NCBI GenBank assembly: GCA_018648585.1
Contig: JABGQW010000025.1
Coordinates: forward strand, 3,736 to 67,735
DNA from: a bacterium
Lineage (GTDB): Bacteria; Patescibacteriota; Gracilibacteria; UBA4473
Reading direction: 5' to 3'
Length of the DNA: 64,000 bases
In this document: one piece after another, positions 1 through 10,455 of the stretch
How positions within the stretch are numbered: the stretch's first letter is position 1
Layout: each line of letters opens with the position of its first letter
Notes under the pieces: model-generated
What the model was told of the DNA's origin: nothing
The model's input: the letters and a program-made list of their open reading frames with translations, nothing else
Database searches by the model: none
Program-made: the position numbers and the translations under genes

Positions 1-18
1 GTCCCCAATATTTCAGAC

Positions 19-1848
19 TTGGTGACCAAGCTTGAATCCGAACTCCAAGCGAGTGGGATTAATGTTGAAACAGACATCTACGCCGCCCTAATCAAAAAAG
101 AAGGCTTGCTCGTAGACTCGACAAAACTCGTCTTGTTAGTGAAAAAAATTCCCACCGTCGATGCAAACAAGGTTCTCCACATGGATACTCGACTCTCTCT
201 TTTGGCATGGATCAAAAGCGCAGAAGATGAGAATGGCGGAGCTCTCGATAAAAAAAGATATACCGCGGAAACAGAAGTAGCAACGCAAAAAACAAATTTA
301 GATAACTTGTTTGCAGCCTCCGACACATTGCTAAAAAAATTAAAAACAAGAACGGTCGCATCAACTGAATTTAAAAATGACCAAAAAGAAGCACAAGATC
401 TTTCCAGTGAATTTTTTGTCCAAAAACAAGCTTTTGAAAATTTCAAACAAAAACTAGAGGACAAGAAAAAAGAACTTCCAGAAAAGGACAAAAAGGCACT
501 CGAAGATTCATGGAACCGGCTTGAAGCGGTTCGTGAGTTTATCCTCAAGCGCGCCCGACACAATCTGGAAAAATTCGACAAACACACCCTCAATGAAAAA
601 AATCGGACATTCCTCACGACCAAAGAAGCCGCAGTAAAAGGAAAAAGAGATGCTGCAGAATCAGCACTTGGGACAATCAACACCGATATTACGACAGCCG
701 CTGGAGAGTTGGCGACAAGAAAATCCGAACTCGAAACAATTCGTTCAGAAGTAAAAAGTAAAGAGAGTGACTCAAGAAAAAAAGAGAAAAAATTCCAAGT
801 TACAAAACAAGAACTCCGTGAGGCAACTTCTAATCTGCGAAGAGCAGAAGATCGTTCTCGCGGAACAGACAAAACTATAGCAGACGGCAAAGTAACTACT
901 GCTACGACAGACTTAGCAACAGCAAAAAAGGCTTATGATGACGCTGATTCAAATATTCCCAACGCCGTTCGTCTCGCAAAAAAAGATTGGGAAAATGCAA
1001 AAAGAGATTTGGAAAATGCTGAAACGATTGCCCGCTTTGCATCGCTTGCAGACCAAGCAAAAACTGATTTTAATACTGCAAAAACGGATTATGGCAACGC
1101 AGAAACGGAATTTAACGACGCAGAAACAGCTCTCAACAATAAACAGGAAGACGCGTTGACAAAGAAAGAAGAAGTGACAAAACTCGAAAATACGCTCGAA
1201 CAGAAAAAATCCGAACGATCTGAAAATAAACTGAGCGAACTACAGCGAGAATTTGATCAAGCAGAAGAAAAACGGAAAGAATTTGAACTAGAAAATAATA
1301 TTTCTCTAAAAGAATTGGAGGAAGAGCAGACCAAAATAGAAGGCGAGCTCAGTCTCCTGAAGAGTAAGTCCGTCGAATGGACAAAAAATGATTCGGGCCT
1401 TGGACTTGCCAAGATCAATGAACGCATCCAACAAAAACTCCGTACTGAAAATTTTGCCGACGAAATCGATAAAAAGTTTGTTGAACAACTCGAACGCAAC
1501 GATCAGTACGAACAACTCAAAAAAGTATCCGAAGGAACCAGCGTAGAAGTGGACTACAAAATTGTCAGTGGGATGAATAGTCTCAAGTTTCCAAATCAGT
1601 TAAACACACCAACACATGGAAACTTTGTGGTGTACCGAAAAACCGAAAACTCAGTAATGCTCGAAGAAAAAGGTGGTGGCGGAAATAAAATGCTCACCAT
1701 CCTCGGCCCCGCAGCCGCTGGAGGAGTTGCGTACAAGAATGCAATAGTATCCAACCAAGACCTCGGTGGCGGAGCGTACAACGCAACAGATCCAGCTGTC
1801 GGCGGTGCTGGCGATCATGCGATCGCACTTAATATGAAAATTGCCTAA
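19..1848 (+). CDS. hypothetical coiled-coil protein, possibly 5'-truncated by the window edge
   Basis: 609-aa ORF. The frame stays open back to nt 1 and the ORF starts at TTG 19. Long K/E/A/T/D-rich helical sequence with a Gly-rich C-terminal ~100 aa (GGGGNK..AAAGG..GGGAY..VGGAGD). No enzymatic motif recognised. Confidence 0.6.
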   Translation: MVTKLESELQASGINVETDIYAALIKKEGLLVDSTKLVLLVKKIPTVDANKVLHMDTRLSLLAWIKSAEDENGGALDKKRYTAETEVATQKTNLDNLFAASDTLLKKLKTRTVASTEFKNDQKEAQDLSSEFFVQKQAFENFKQKLEDKKKELPEKDKKALEDSWNRLEAVREFILKRARHNLEKFDKHTLNEKNRTFLTTKEAAVKGKRDAAESALGTINTDITTAAGELATRKSELETIRSEVKSKESDSRKKEKKFQVTKQELREATSNLRRAEDRSRGTDKTIADGKVTTATTDLATAKKAYDDADSNIPNAVRLAKKDWENAKRDLENAETIARFASLADQAKTDFNTAKTDYGNAETEFNDAETALNNKQEDALTKKEEVTKLENTLEQKKSERSENKLSELQREFDQAEEKRKEFELENNISLKELEEEQTKIEGELSLLKSKSVEWTKNDSGLGLAKINERIQQKLRTENFADEIDKKFVEQLERNDQYEQLKKVSEGTSVEVDYKIVSGMNSLKFPNQLNTPTHGNFVVYRKTENSVMLEEKGGGGNKMLTILGPAAAGGVAYKNAIVSNQDLGGGAYNATDPAVGGAGDHAIALNMKIA

Positions 1849-1859
1849 TTTTTTCTCCC

Positions 1860-2288
1860 ATGAATACCGAAGAACAAACCCAGCTCGAACAATTTCTTCT
1901 CTGGTTTACCGATCAAGAGATCGTTCCAGAAAAAACACGAAGAGATTTCATCGCTCATATCCTGGAACTCGGATACCTCGATGAAAAATCAATCGAGTTC
2001 ATCGATCACGTGATGGAAAAACTCGAACGTCGAACCCATCGTGCAGAAGCGTACTGGACGGAAGAAGTGACCAAATGGTCTCGCTGGATCGAAGCAGAGA
2101 AAAATCCAAAAACATCGCTCCAAGAAAAAGATCTCAAAAATGCCGAAATAGAAATGCAGCGCGTGAGTGAGGAATTTGTCGAAGAATTCCACGCCGCAGA
2201 AAAAGAAGCCATGGACCAGGAAGAATCTGCTGAAAAAGCAGAAGAAATGAAGCAAAAAGAAGAATTGACAAAAAAGATAAATTCTTGA
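1860..2288 (+). CDS. hypothetical acidic helical protein
   Basis: 142-aa ORF with an ATG start 12 nt after the upstream stop. E/K-rich C-terminus. Same strand and tight spacing as its neighbours. Confidence 0.55.
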   Translation: MNTEEQTQLEQFLLWFTDQEIVPEKTRRDFIAHILELGYLDEKSIEFIDHVMEKLERRTHRAEAYWTEEVTKWSRWIEAEKNPKTSLQEKDLKNAEIEMQRVSEEFVEEFHAAEKEAMDQEESAEKAEEMKQKEELTKKINS

Positions 2289-2321
2289 CATTTGCATTAA
2301 AATAAGCTAGAAAAAAAGAGA

Positions 2322-5003
2322 ATGAAAATGCTCGTATCGCACTTCCAAAAAGAAAACCACGCCCGCTGGGTGTGGAGACGAGGTGTGCAATCGGATAATC
2401 TTGCGCTGCAAGTAAATCCAGATCAAAGTCCGCTCAAGATCGTAGATAAAAATAATCCGATTGGAGCGGCAGGAACGCTTTCCCTTGAAACCGAAGATTT
2501 TGCAAACCGAATTTTGGAAACAGCCACTGAGACAGGAACCGACATTTCCGTAAAAAATGAACGAGAAAAAAACACCAGAACTCCCGGAAACCCAATGGGA
2601 ATTTTGTTCGGCAGTAAATTTGAACAGCAGTGGGCAAATCCACTTTTTTGGCTCAATTTAACACTTTTTTCCAAAGATTCGATTCTCAAAAACGTAGGAA
2701 ACGCGGAAACAGAAATCCGCGAAATGCTTCAAAATTCTGCGTACGTCAGCTCCGGAGTGAGCTCTGCCCTGTATAATTCATCTCAGGCCTCCGCAATCAA
2801 AGCGATCTCCTTGGGACGAGAGTCTTATTTAGAAAAAACAGACTCTGCAACGTTTGAAGTTATCGCCCAAATGCTGGAAAATTCTTTCAGCGAGATTGGA
2901 ATTGATACTGCTCTAGAAGGAGAACTTGGGCAAAATGCATTACTTTCTCGAGAATGGATTCGAATTGTTGGCGATGTGAGTTTGTTGCGTACCAAGCGTC
3001 ACAAAAACATGCTCAAGGTTATCGTTGCGAACGTTCAAAAAGCGAAGAAAGAAGTTTTGGCGAACATCAAACGTGGTCGTGAGCATCTCACTCGACAACG
3101 AAAAAATATTGAAAGCAAAATCCAAACATATCAGACTGGAATGAAAACCAGCGCTGAATCCAGTAGAGAAAAAAACTTTTTCAATGGATTTGTTCAATCT
3201 GTTCTACAAAATCCAGATGCGTTTCTCGCCGGGGGATTGGTGGGGATGGTCGATATGAACCGTATTTTTGGAGATCCATTACCAAGCCGTGTTAAAATTT
3301 TGGATGCACTTAAAAGTAAATTTGAAGGAAAAATTTTGGCACTTGAGCGATCACAACAGCTCACACTCAACCAAGAACAGTTGATCCAAAATATGGATGA
3401 TCGTGAACAACTTTCAAATAACGCTCTCAACAACACAAATTTTGAAAATGTGTATAACGCGCTCGAGTCATTTAATGTCCAAACATATGAAGGAGCGACG
3501 GCACAAAAGCCAGAAAACGACGTACTAAAAATATTAACAAAAGGCTTGCGGCGGCTTGGGATAAACGCACGAGAAAGTATTTTTCGGAATGCTCCAGTAA
3601 ATCTCACAACCTCTGAACGACTTCTATTGTTGATTCAATTTTTGGGAAATAATCTTGATTTATTGGGAAATCAAAAATGTTCCCTCGATTTCAAACGAAC
3701 GCTCTACACATGGTTACAAGACACTCAGGCCGAAGAAGCTGAAACACTCGCACAAGGAACTCAGGCCGAAGCAGGAACTCCTGCGCAACGACGATATGTT
3801 TTAAATAATGCAATTGTCGTGCGCAACTCTGCACACACAGCGATTAATTCGCTCGAAGGGATTGATGAAGCACTCCGCGAACAAAATCCCGCTGCAATAA
3901 ATGAGAAATTTCAAACCATTCAGACATTTTTGACATCATTCAAAGAATTTTTTGGAGAAGATGGCGCAAGTGGCTCCCTCGCCCCAATGATTGAAAGAAT
4001 GCCTCGCGATGAACAAGATCTTCTTCATGCAATGAAAGATTTCAAAGGATTGCGTGAATATTTTTCAGAAACATTGGAGAACCTCCAAACACAAAGAAAA
4101 ACATATGTTGATGAAGTTTTGAAAGAACTTGCTCCAAATCCGGCTCTCCTCGAGGAAGAACGAGCCCGTGCGGCACGAGTTACTGAGCGCATGAGTGAAA
4201 TGGTTGGTGGTGGCGGATTGGCTTTTGCACGTGATGACTATGCAGCTCTTGAAAAAGCGCGATCCGATATATTTGAACGTGTCAAAAAATGGGATGATGC
4301 TACACAAGATCTGGCAAATCGTCATTTTGATCTCCCAAGCGCATCTGCTGGATTTGCCGGAATGATGCTCATCGGGGAAGGCCTTCAGCCTTCATTGGAC
4401 GCTATCCCAGAAGGAGGGGAAGAAGCTGCTGCCGTCGCAGAAGCAAATAATTTCAATGGTCTCATGAGACAGCGAATGCAGAGAACAATACAAACTGAAA
4501 AAGAATCTCAATTCAATCAAACGGTAGATGCCAATATGCAACACCAAATGGATACGCTCCTTGCTCGAAAAGTAGATGAAGATGGAGACAAAGTTGTAGA
4601 CCATGTCCCAGAGGCAGGAACAACTCTTGATCGATTAGAGGTCACTGATGTGACAAATGTCGATCGAACTATTACATTCCCAGACTCACTACAACACCGA
4701 GCAGTATTCGAAAATCTCACACTTATAAGATCTGGATTGCAAGAAAAAGAAGAGAAATATGTCGGAGCAGACCTAATGTTTCACAACAATACACACCTCG
4801 TACAAATCTTGGAAGAAAATGGAAAAGTCCTCGCAAAAAGCTGGAAAAAACCTGCTGACATTCATGGAGATCGAAATGCTATCCTACGAGTCGCACAAAA
4901 TGAAGAAGATGCGACGTGGATGATTCTCAATCTTTCGGCTGCTGGCACTCGTGCTGCCACAAGAACAAAAGGCGAACGAAGAAATATTGACCTCGCTGAG
5001 TAG
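2322..5003 (+). CDS. large hypothetical protein (893 aa, predicted mostly helical, no TM or signal peptide seen)
   Basis: Long uninterrupted ORF and third gene of a same-strand trio. No known motif recognised by eye. Confidence 0.65.
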   Translation: MKMLVSHFQKENHARWVWRRGVQSDNLALQVNPDQSPLKIVDKNNPIGAAGTLSLETEDFANRILETATETGTDISVKNEREKNTRTPGNPMGILFGSKFEQQWANPLFWLNLTLFSKDSILKNVGNAETEIREMLQNSAYVSSGVSSALYNSSQASAIKAISLGRESYLEKTDSATFEVIAQMLENSFSEIGIDTALEGELGQNALLSREWIRIVGDVSLLRTKRHKNMLKVIVANVQKAKKEVLANIKRGREHLTRQRKNIESKIQTYQTGMKTSAESSREKNFFNGFVQSVLQNPDAFLAGGLVGMVDMNRIFGDPLPSRVKILDALKSKFEGKILALERSQQLTLNQEQLIQNMDDREQLSNNALNNTNFENVYNALESFNVQTYEGATAQKPENDVLKILTKGLRRLGINARESIFRNAPVNLTTSERLLLLIQFLGNNLDLLGNQKCSLDFKRTLYTWLQDTQAEEAETLAQGTQAEAGTPAQRRYVLNNAIVVRNSAHTAINSLEGIDEALREQNPAAINEKFQTIQTFLTSFKEFFGEDGASGSLAPMIERMPRDEQDLLHAMKDFKGLREYFSETLENLQTQRKTYVDEVLKELAPNPALLEEERARAARVTERMSEMVGGGGLAFARDDYAALEKARSDIFERVKKWDDATQDLANRHFDLPSASAGFAGMMLIGEGLQPSLDAIPEGGEEAAAVAEANNFNGLMRQRMQRTIQTEKESQFNQTVDANMQHQMDTLLARKVDEDGDKVVDHVPEAGTTLDRLEVTDVTNVDRTITFPDSLQHRAVFENLTLIRSGLQEKEEKYVGADLMFHNNTHLVQILEENGKVLAKSWKKPADIHGDRNAILRVAQNEEDATWMILNLSAAGTRAATRTKGERRNIDLAE

Positions 5004-5006
5004 AAT

Positions 5007-6470
5007 TTAACCGCGATAATTCGGTGCTTCTTTGAGAATAGAAATATCGTGCGGATGTGATTCTTTGAGCGAGGCACCCGTGATTTGAACGAACTCGGCA
5101 TTTTTTTGAAAATCAAAAATCGTCCCAACGCCGGAGTACCCCATCGCACTGCGCACACCGCCACAGAGCTGAAAAAGTTCCGTCGAAACGTCACCTTTGA
5201 ATAAAACTTTTCCCTCGATTCCCTCCGGAACGAGTTTATCGTCAGCAACATTCGCTTGCGCGTAGCGTTCTTTTCCACCTTTTTGCATCGCAGAAAGAGA
5301 GCCCATTCCGCGATAATATTTCCAAGTTTTTCCGCCAGAATAAATTGTTTCACCCGGAGCTTGTTCTGTTCCCGCGAGCAGCGATCCGATCATCACGACG
5401 TTTGCACCCGCCGCGAGCGCTTTCGCGACATCTCCCGAATACCGAATCCCGCCATCAGCGATCAACGGAATTTTATGTTTTTTACAAACCGCAGAAACGT
5501 CCATCACCGCAGTCAACTGCGGAACGCCGATCCCAGAAATCACGCGTGTCGTACAAATCGATCCCGGACCGATTCCAACTTTTACGGCATCTGCACCTGC
5601 GGAAATCAAAGATTCTGCTGCGGCAGCGGTGGCGATATTTCCTCCGACAACATCGATTTTGGGATAATTTTTTTTGATAAATTTCACCGTCTCGATCACG
5701 CCTTTTGAATGTCCGTGCGCGGTGTCGACAAGTAAAACATCCGCTCCCGCTTCAACGAGTTTCGCAACACGTTCGTCTCGATTGGCAGCAGGTCCACACG
5801 CGGCGGCGACCAACAATCTTTTTCGATCGTCTTTCGAAGAAAATGGAAATTTCTCATTTTTTTCAATATCTTTTCGTGTCACCAGCGCGGCGAGCGTGCC
5901 GTCTTTTCGCAGAACGAGCAGTTTTGAATGTTTGGATTCTTCCAAAATATCGTTCGCCGCAGAAAGCGAAATGGATTCTGTCGTAGTGAGCAAATCCTCC
6001 AGCGGCGCCATTCTCTCGGCAACCGTACAATCTGCGTGTTTTTGAAGATAATCGTTGCGGGTGACCATTCCGATCACTTTTGTCGCGAGCGTTCCATCCT
6101 CCGTCACCGGCAGCGATTTGAAATGATATCGCAACCGCAAATCAATCACATCTGAGATTTTGTGTTCTGGAGAAATTACTTTTGGTTCACGAATAAATCC
6201 GTTTTCGAATCGTTTGACTCGCCGCACCATCGCGGCCTGTTCGTCGGGAGTACAATTTTTGTGAATCACTCCGATCCCGCCGTGGAGCGCCATCGCGATC
6301 GCCATATTTTCTTCGGTGACCGTATCCATCGCCGCGGAAACCAGCGGAATGTTGAGTTTCACGTTTCGGGTGAACTGAGTTTCAAGAGAAACTTCTTTCG
6401 GCAAAATCTCCGAATACTGCGGTACGAGCAGTACATCGTCAAATGTGAGTGCGGTTCGAATGTTTCCCAT
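5007..6470 (-). CDS. guaB: IMP dehydrogenase
   Basis: Catalytic loop [20 protein letters not shown], a CBS pair inserted in the barrel, and N-terminus [17 protein letters not shown]. Start moved in-frame from 6509 to the Met matching the family N-terminus. Confidence 0.95.
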   Translation of the reverse strand: MGNIRTALTFDDVLLVPQYSEILPKEVSLETQFTRNVKLNIPLVSAAMDTVTEENMAIAMALHGGIGVIHKNCTPDEQAAMVRRVKRFENGFIREPKVISPEHKISDVIDLRLRYHFKSLPVTEDGTLATKVIGMVTRNDYLQKHADCTVAERMAPLEDLLTTTESISLSAANDILEESKHSKLLVLRKDGTLAALVTRKDIEKNEKFPFSSKDDRKRLLVAAACGPAANRDERVAKLVEAGADVLLVDTAHGHSKGVIETVKFIKKNYPKIDVVGGNIATAAAAESLISAGADAVKVGIGPGSICTTRVISGIGVPQLTAVMDVSAVCKKHKIPLIADGGIRYSGDVAKALAAGANVVMIGSLLAGTEQAPGETIYSGGKTWKYYRGMGSLSAMQKGGKERYAQANVADDKLVPEGIEGKVLFKGDVSTELFQLCGGVRSAMGYSGVGTIFDFQKNAEFVQITGASLKESHPHDISILKEAPNYRG

Positions 6471-6547
6471 TTTGAAAAGTGAATTTGGCAAAGGGTAGCG
6501 CAAATCCACATTTTTGTCAAAATTTTCCGGAACTCCGCAATCAAAAA

Positions 6548-6988
6548 CTACGCGACAATTTTTCCACCGGCTTTTTCGATCGCTTTTTTTGCAGAAGCAG
6601 AGAGAAGCAGCTCCCCTGTGATTTCAAGTTTTTTGGAAATCTCGCCATCGCCGAGAATTTTAACTTTCGCGTTTCGTTTCCCGATCAATTTTTTGTCGAG
6701 CAAACATTCCAGGCAAACTTTATCCCCATCTTTGAAATGTGCTTCCAAGATTTCTAAATTTACAATTTGTGATTCGACGCGATTTGGATTGTTGAATCCG
6801 CGCAATTTTGGCATTCGCGCCAAAACTCCGGACTGTCCACCCTCAAATCCAGGCCGGACACCGCCGCCTGCGCGAGCATTTTGTCCGTTGCAGCCTCGTC
6901 CCGCGAAGGTTCCTTTTCCTCCATTTCCCTGCCCTTTTCGGAGTCGAGATTTTTTGGGAACTTTCGGTGCCAATTCGTGTAATTTCAT
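6548..6988 (-). CDS. rplO: 50S ribosomal protein L15
   Basis: MKLHEL..RKGQGNGGKGTFAGRG..GQNARAGGGVRPGFEGGQ, the typical L15 N-terminus. Confidence 0.93.
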   Translation of the reverse strand: MKLHELAPKVPKKSRLRKGQGNGGKGTFAGRGCNGQNARAGGGVRPGFEGGQSGVLARMPKLRGFNNPNRVESQIVNLEILEAHFKDGDKVCLECLLDKKLIGKRNAKVKILGDGEISKKLEITGELLLSASAKKAIEKAGGKIVA

Positions 6989-7013
6989 GGAAATAGAACT
7001 TAGTTTTTAGTTC

Positions 7014-7754
7014 TTAATTTTTGACGGTTTCGTCTTTTTTTGGCGCCACGGGCGCGATCTTTTTTTCTGCTGGTTTTTTTACTTCCGCTTTTTCTTCAAC
7101 AGTTTTTTCGGGAACCACTGGAGCCTCTTCTTTTTTCACAGATTTTTTCCCAGGATTCGGTTCTTTTGAAAGAGAGAGCAACGCCTGCATTGTCGCATTT
7201 GCGATGTTCAATCGATTGCGTGATCCGTGCGCTTTTGAAAGCACATCTTTGACGCCTGCCAATTCAAGAATTTTTCGAACAGCACCGCCCGCAATCACAC
7301 CTTTTCCCTCCGTTGCTGGCAAAAGTAAAACTCGAGAAGATTTGAAAACAGAATTTACTGGATGTGGAATTGTTCCCTCCACAATCGGCACATTTATCAA
7401 ATTTTTCTTCGCAACGGCAACCGCTTTTTGAATTCCACCCAAAACTTCCGCAGATTTTCCAATTCCAAACCCAACGCGTCCTTTTTTGTCGCCAATCACC
7501 ACAGTCAAACGAAATCGCATTCGGCGTCCGCCTTTTACCACTCGGGTCACGCGATCGATCTGGAGAATCGCTTCTTCAAACTCTTTTGGTTCGCGCGGTT
7601 TTCGATCGCGGCCACCACGACGTGGTCGGCGTTCACGATTATCTCGTTGATCTCGCTGATCCGGTTTTGATTCTGGTGCTGCTGATTTTTCGGCTGGTGC
7701 CACAACTTCAGGAGCTTTTTTTTCTTCTGCCGGAGCCGTGTTTTCTTCTGTCAT
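7014..7754 (-). CDS. rpsE: 30S ribosomal protein S5 with K/E/P/A-rich N- and C-terminal extensions
   Basis: Core IDRVTRVVKGGRRMRFRLTVVIGDKKGRVGFGIGKSAEV and GSRNRLNIANAT. 246 aa, longer than a typical S5. Confidence 0.93.
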   Translation of the reverse strand: MTEENTAPAEEKKAPEVVAPAEKSAAPESKPDQRDQRDNRERRPRRGGRDRKPREPKEFEEAILQIDRVTRVVKGGRRMRFRLTVVIGDKKGRVGFGIGKSAEVLGGIQKAVAVAKKNLINVPIVEGTIPHPVNSVFKSSRVLLLPATEGKGVIAGGAVRKILELAGVKDVLSKAHGSRNRLNIANATMQALLSLSKEPNPGKKSVKKEEAPVVPEKTVEEKAEVKKPAEKKIAPVAPKKDETVKN

Positions 7755-7783
7755 TGGAAATTTGGATAATTTTTCACAGGAGA

Positions 7784-8125
7784 TTAAAACTCCAGTCCCG
7801 CTTTCCGAGCGGCATCAGCCAATGCTTTGATTTGGCCGTGATATTGAAATCCACTGCGATCAAACGCAACGCATTTTACTTTTTTGGTTTTCGCGAGTTC
7901 CGCGATTTTCGTTCCCACTTCTGCTGCTGCGGGAATCCCTGTTTTTTTCAAACCCAAACTCGAAACACCGCACAGTGTAATTCCTTTGTCGTCGTCCATG
8001 ATGTGCGCTGAAATCGCTCGATTTGATCGCAAGACAATCAATCGTGGCAATCCCGAGAGACGAGCACGTGTGTGCGTTCGTCGTGCGCGGGCAGCTGTTC
8101 GTTCGTGTTTTGTAGCTTGAGCCAT
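7784..8125 (-). CDS. rplR: 50S ribosomal protein L18
   Basis: RLIVLRSNRAISAHIMDD ... FDRSGFQYHGQIKALADAARKAGLEF. Confidence 0.93.
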   Translation of the reverse strand: MAQATKHERTAARARRTHTRARLSGLPRLIVLRSNRAISAHIMDDDKGITLCGVSSLGLKKTGIPAAAEVGTKIAELAKTKKVKCVAFDRSGFQYHGQIKALADAARKAGLEF

Positions 8126-8136
8126 TTTTCAGAAAA

Positions 8137-8688
8137 TTATTTTTTTGCAGCTGATTTTCCAGCTTTTCGGACGACGTGTTCGTCAATGTATCGAATCCCT
8201 TTTCCTTTGTACGGTTCTGGTTTTCGAAGGGCACGAATATTTGCGGTCACTTGGCCGACCAGTTGTTTGTCGATTCCAGAAATTGTCAGAATATTTGGAT
8301 TTTCTTTTTTAAAATCACAGGTCAAACTTTCCGGCAGTGGAAATTTGATGGGATGCGAATACCCCAAATTGAACTCGAGAGTTGTTCCTTTGAGCGCGAC
8401 ACGATATCCAACACCTTTTATTTCGAGTGTTTTGGAAAATCCTTCCGCAACGCCCTGAACCGCATTTGCCGCAAGACTGCGGTACAATCCGTGTCGAGCA
8501 CGCGCTGGCTTTGTGTCATTCGCGCGAGTGACGACGAGCTCGTTTTCATTTTTTTCGAAAGAAACGTACTCTGGCTCAAATGGAACCGCGAGTTCGCCTT
8601 TTGGGCCCTTTGCTTTCAAAACCGATCCCTCGATCGAGATTTCCACATTTTCGGGCACTGAAACTGGTTTTTTTCCAATTCGGGACAT
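8137..8688 (-). CDS. rplF: 50S ribosomal protein L6
   Basis: MSRIGKKPVSVPENVEI ... GVGYRV ... PEPYKGKGIRY. Confidence 0.93.
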   Translation of the reverse strand: MSRIGKKPVSVPENVEISIEGSVLKAKGPKGELAVPFEPEYVSFEKNENELVVTRANDTKPARARHGLYRSLAANAVQGVAEGFSKTLEIKGVGYRVALKGTTLEFNLGYSHPIKFPLPESLTCDFKKENPNILTISGIDKQLVGQVTANIRALRKPEPYKGKGIRYIDEHVVRKAGKSAAKK

Positions 8689-8771
8689 TTTTTGGGATTG
8701 TGATAAATCCGCTGCATCTCGCTATTTTCGCAAGATTACGCGGCGCGATTTTATGGAGAAAAGTTTTCGTG

Positions 8772-9008
8772 TCAAGTTTTTGTCGAGTTTTTTGCATTCG
8801 TCAATAAAACCATCGACGAAACGTACCGAAAATTCAGGATCTCACTCGTTTGAATTTGAAGCCACGCAGCCAATTTCAAAACCGCATCGCCGTCGCTCGA
8901 ATTAATCGCGCCATTTTTATTTTCGTACTGCAAAATTAAATTTTGGATTTTTTCGTTCGACGGAACTGACTCGCGCGATTCCAAGTTCATCACAAAAATT
9001 TTTCTCAA
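8772..9008 (-). CDS. possible small hypothetical protein
   Basis: 78-aa ORF occupying the gap between rplF and radA. No motif recognised, and it could be non-coding promoter space. Confidence 0.25.
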   Translation of the reverse strand: MRKIFVMNLESRESVPSNEKIQNLILQYENKNGAINSSDGDAVLKLAAWLQIQTSEILNFRYVSSMVLLTNAKNSTKT

Positions 9009-9056
9009 AAAACTGGATTTTTGTCAATTTCCGATCGCTCCGGTACAATCTCCGCG

Positions 9057-10433
9057 ATGGGAAAAACTCAAAATTGGCTGTGCGGCGAGTGCGGAGAAGT
9101 TTTTGGAAAATGGAGTGGAAAATGTCCGTCGTGCGACGCGTGGAACACGATCAAAGAATTTCACGAGGCGAGAATTTCGACCGGAAAAACGAAACTCAGC
9201 GCAGGACGCGACCTGGGCGCAGCGAAAAATGCAGTGCGAAAAACTGAGCCGCAGCAACGGATTGCGACAAAAATCGATGAAGTTGATCGCGTACTCGGCG
9301 GCGGATTTTTCCCAGGATCGATGATTCTTTTTGGCGGCGCGCCCGGAATCGGGAAATCCACACTCGCGTTGCAGATTTTTTTGAAATTTTCAGAAAAAAC
9401 AAAAACCGAATCCGAGCCCACAGCGTTGTATTTTTCCGGAGAAGAATCCGTCGAGCAGGTGCTGCATCGCGCGGAACGCGTGACAAAAAAATTTGGTGAA
9501 AAAGTGAACCAGATTTTCTCCACCAGCTCGCTCGAAGACATTTGCGAAACAATTGCAAAAAACTCGCCTGCACTCGCGGTGATTGATTCAATCCAAATGG
9601 TCGGCACGGAAAATTCAAGTTTTGGGCAACTTTCGCAGCTGCGGGAAAACGCGGAAATTTTATTGAAACTCGCGAAATCCACCGGCACAACAATCCTCGT
9701 GATCGGACATGTCACAAAAAATGACGAAATCGCGGGACCGAAAATTTTGGAGCACATCGTCGACGTCGTGCTGCGACTCGAAGGCGAGGGAACGAACGAA
9801 GTGCGGGTTTTGAGTTCGCCAAAAAATCGGTTCGGATCGACGCTCGAAGTTGGCGTTTTTGAAATGCGCGGATCAGGACTGGCGGAGTTGAAAAATCCGT
9901 CGGAATTTTTTCTCGCCGAACGCGCGGAAAACGCTGCCGGATCAGCGATCGCAGTCGTGCGCGAGGGATCGCGGAATTTTTTGTTGGAAATTCAGGTGCT
10001 CACCGTCAAAACAAATTTTGGGCAACCGCGGCGCACCGCGCACGGAATCGGGTTGTCAAAATTTCATCTGCTGCTCGCGGTCGTTTCAAAATTCACGCCG
10101 TTCAAATGCGGCGAATTCGACGCGTACTGCAGCGTTGTCGGCGGAATGAAAATCAAAGAACCAGCGGCAGATTTGGCAATTTGTGCCGCGATTTTGAGTT
10201 CCCGCGCGGAAAAAGAAATCTCCGCCGACACGGTGATTTTGGGCGAAGTCGGATTATCGGGCGAAGTCCGCAGCGTGGGAAATTTGGAAGCGCGGCTCGT
10301 GGAAGCGACGAAATTGGGTTTCAAAAAAGCGATCATTCCGCGCACGAGAGGGAAATTGAAAATCCCCGCAGGACTCGAAACCACCGAAGTTAAAAGTGTG
10401 CTGGAACTGGTGAAAATGGTTTTTAAAAATTGA
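9057..10433 (+). CDS. radA: DNA repair protein RadA/Sms
   Basis: C4 zinc finger CGECG..CPSCDAWNT, Walker A GGAPGIGKST, RadA-specific KNRFG, and a Lon-like C-terminal domain. Start moved in-frame to ATG 9057. Confidence 0.94.
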   Translation: MGKTQNWLCGECGEVFGKWSGKCPSCDAWNTIKEFHEARISTGKTKLSAGRDLGAAKNAVRKTEPQQRIATKIDEVDRVLGGGFFPGSMILFGGAPGIGKSTLALQIFLKFSEKTKTESEPTALYFSGEESVEQVLHRAERVTKKFGEKVNQIFSTSSLEDICETIAKNSPALAVIDSIQMVGTENSSFGQLSQLRENAEILLKLAKSTGTTILVIGHVTKNDEIAGPKILEHIVDVVLRLEGEGTNEVRVLSSPKNRFGSTLEVGVFEMRGSGLAELKNPSEFFLAERAENAAGSAIAVVREGSRNFLLEIQVLTVKTNFGQPRRTAHGIGLSKFHLLLAVVSKFTPFKCGEFDAYCSVVGGMKIKEPAADLAICAAILSSRAEKEISADTVILGEVGLSGEVRSVGNLEARLVEATKLGFKKAIIPRTRGKLKIPAGLETTEVKSVLELVKMVFKN

Positions 10434-10455
10434 AAAAATATGGTAAAATGAAAAG

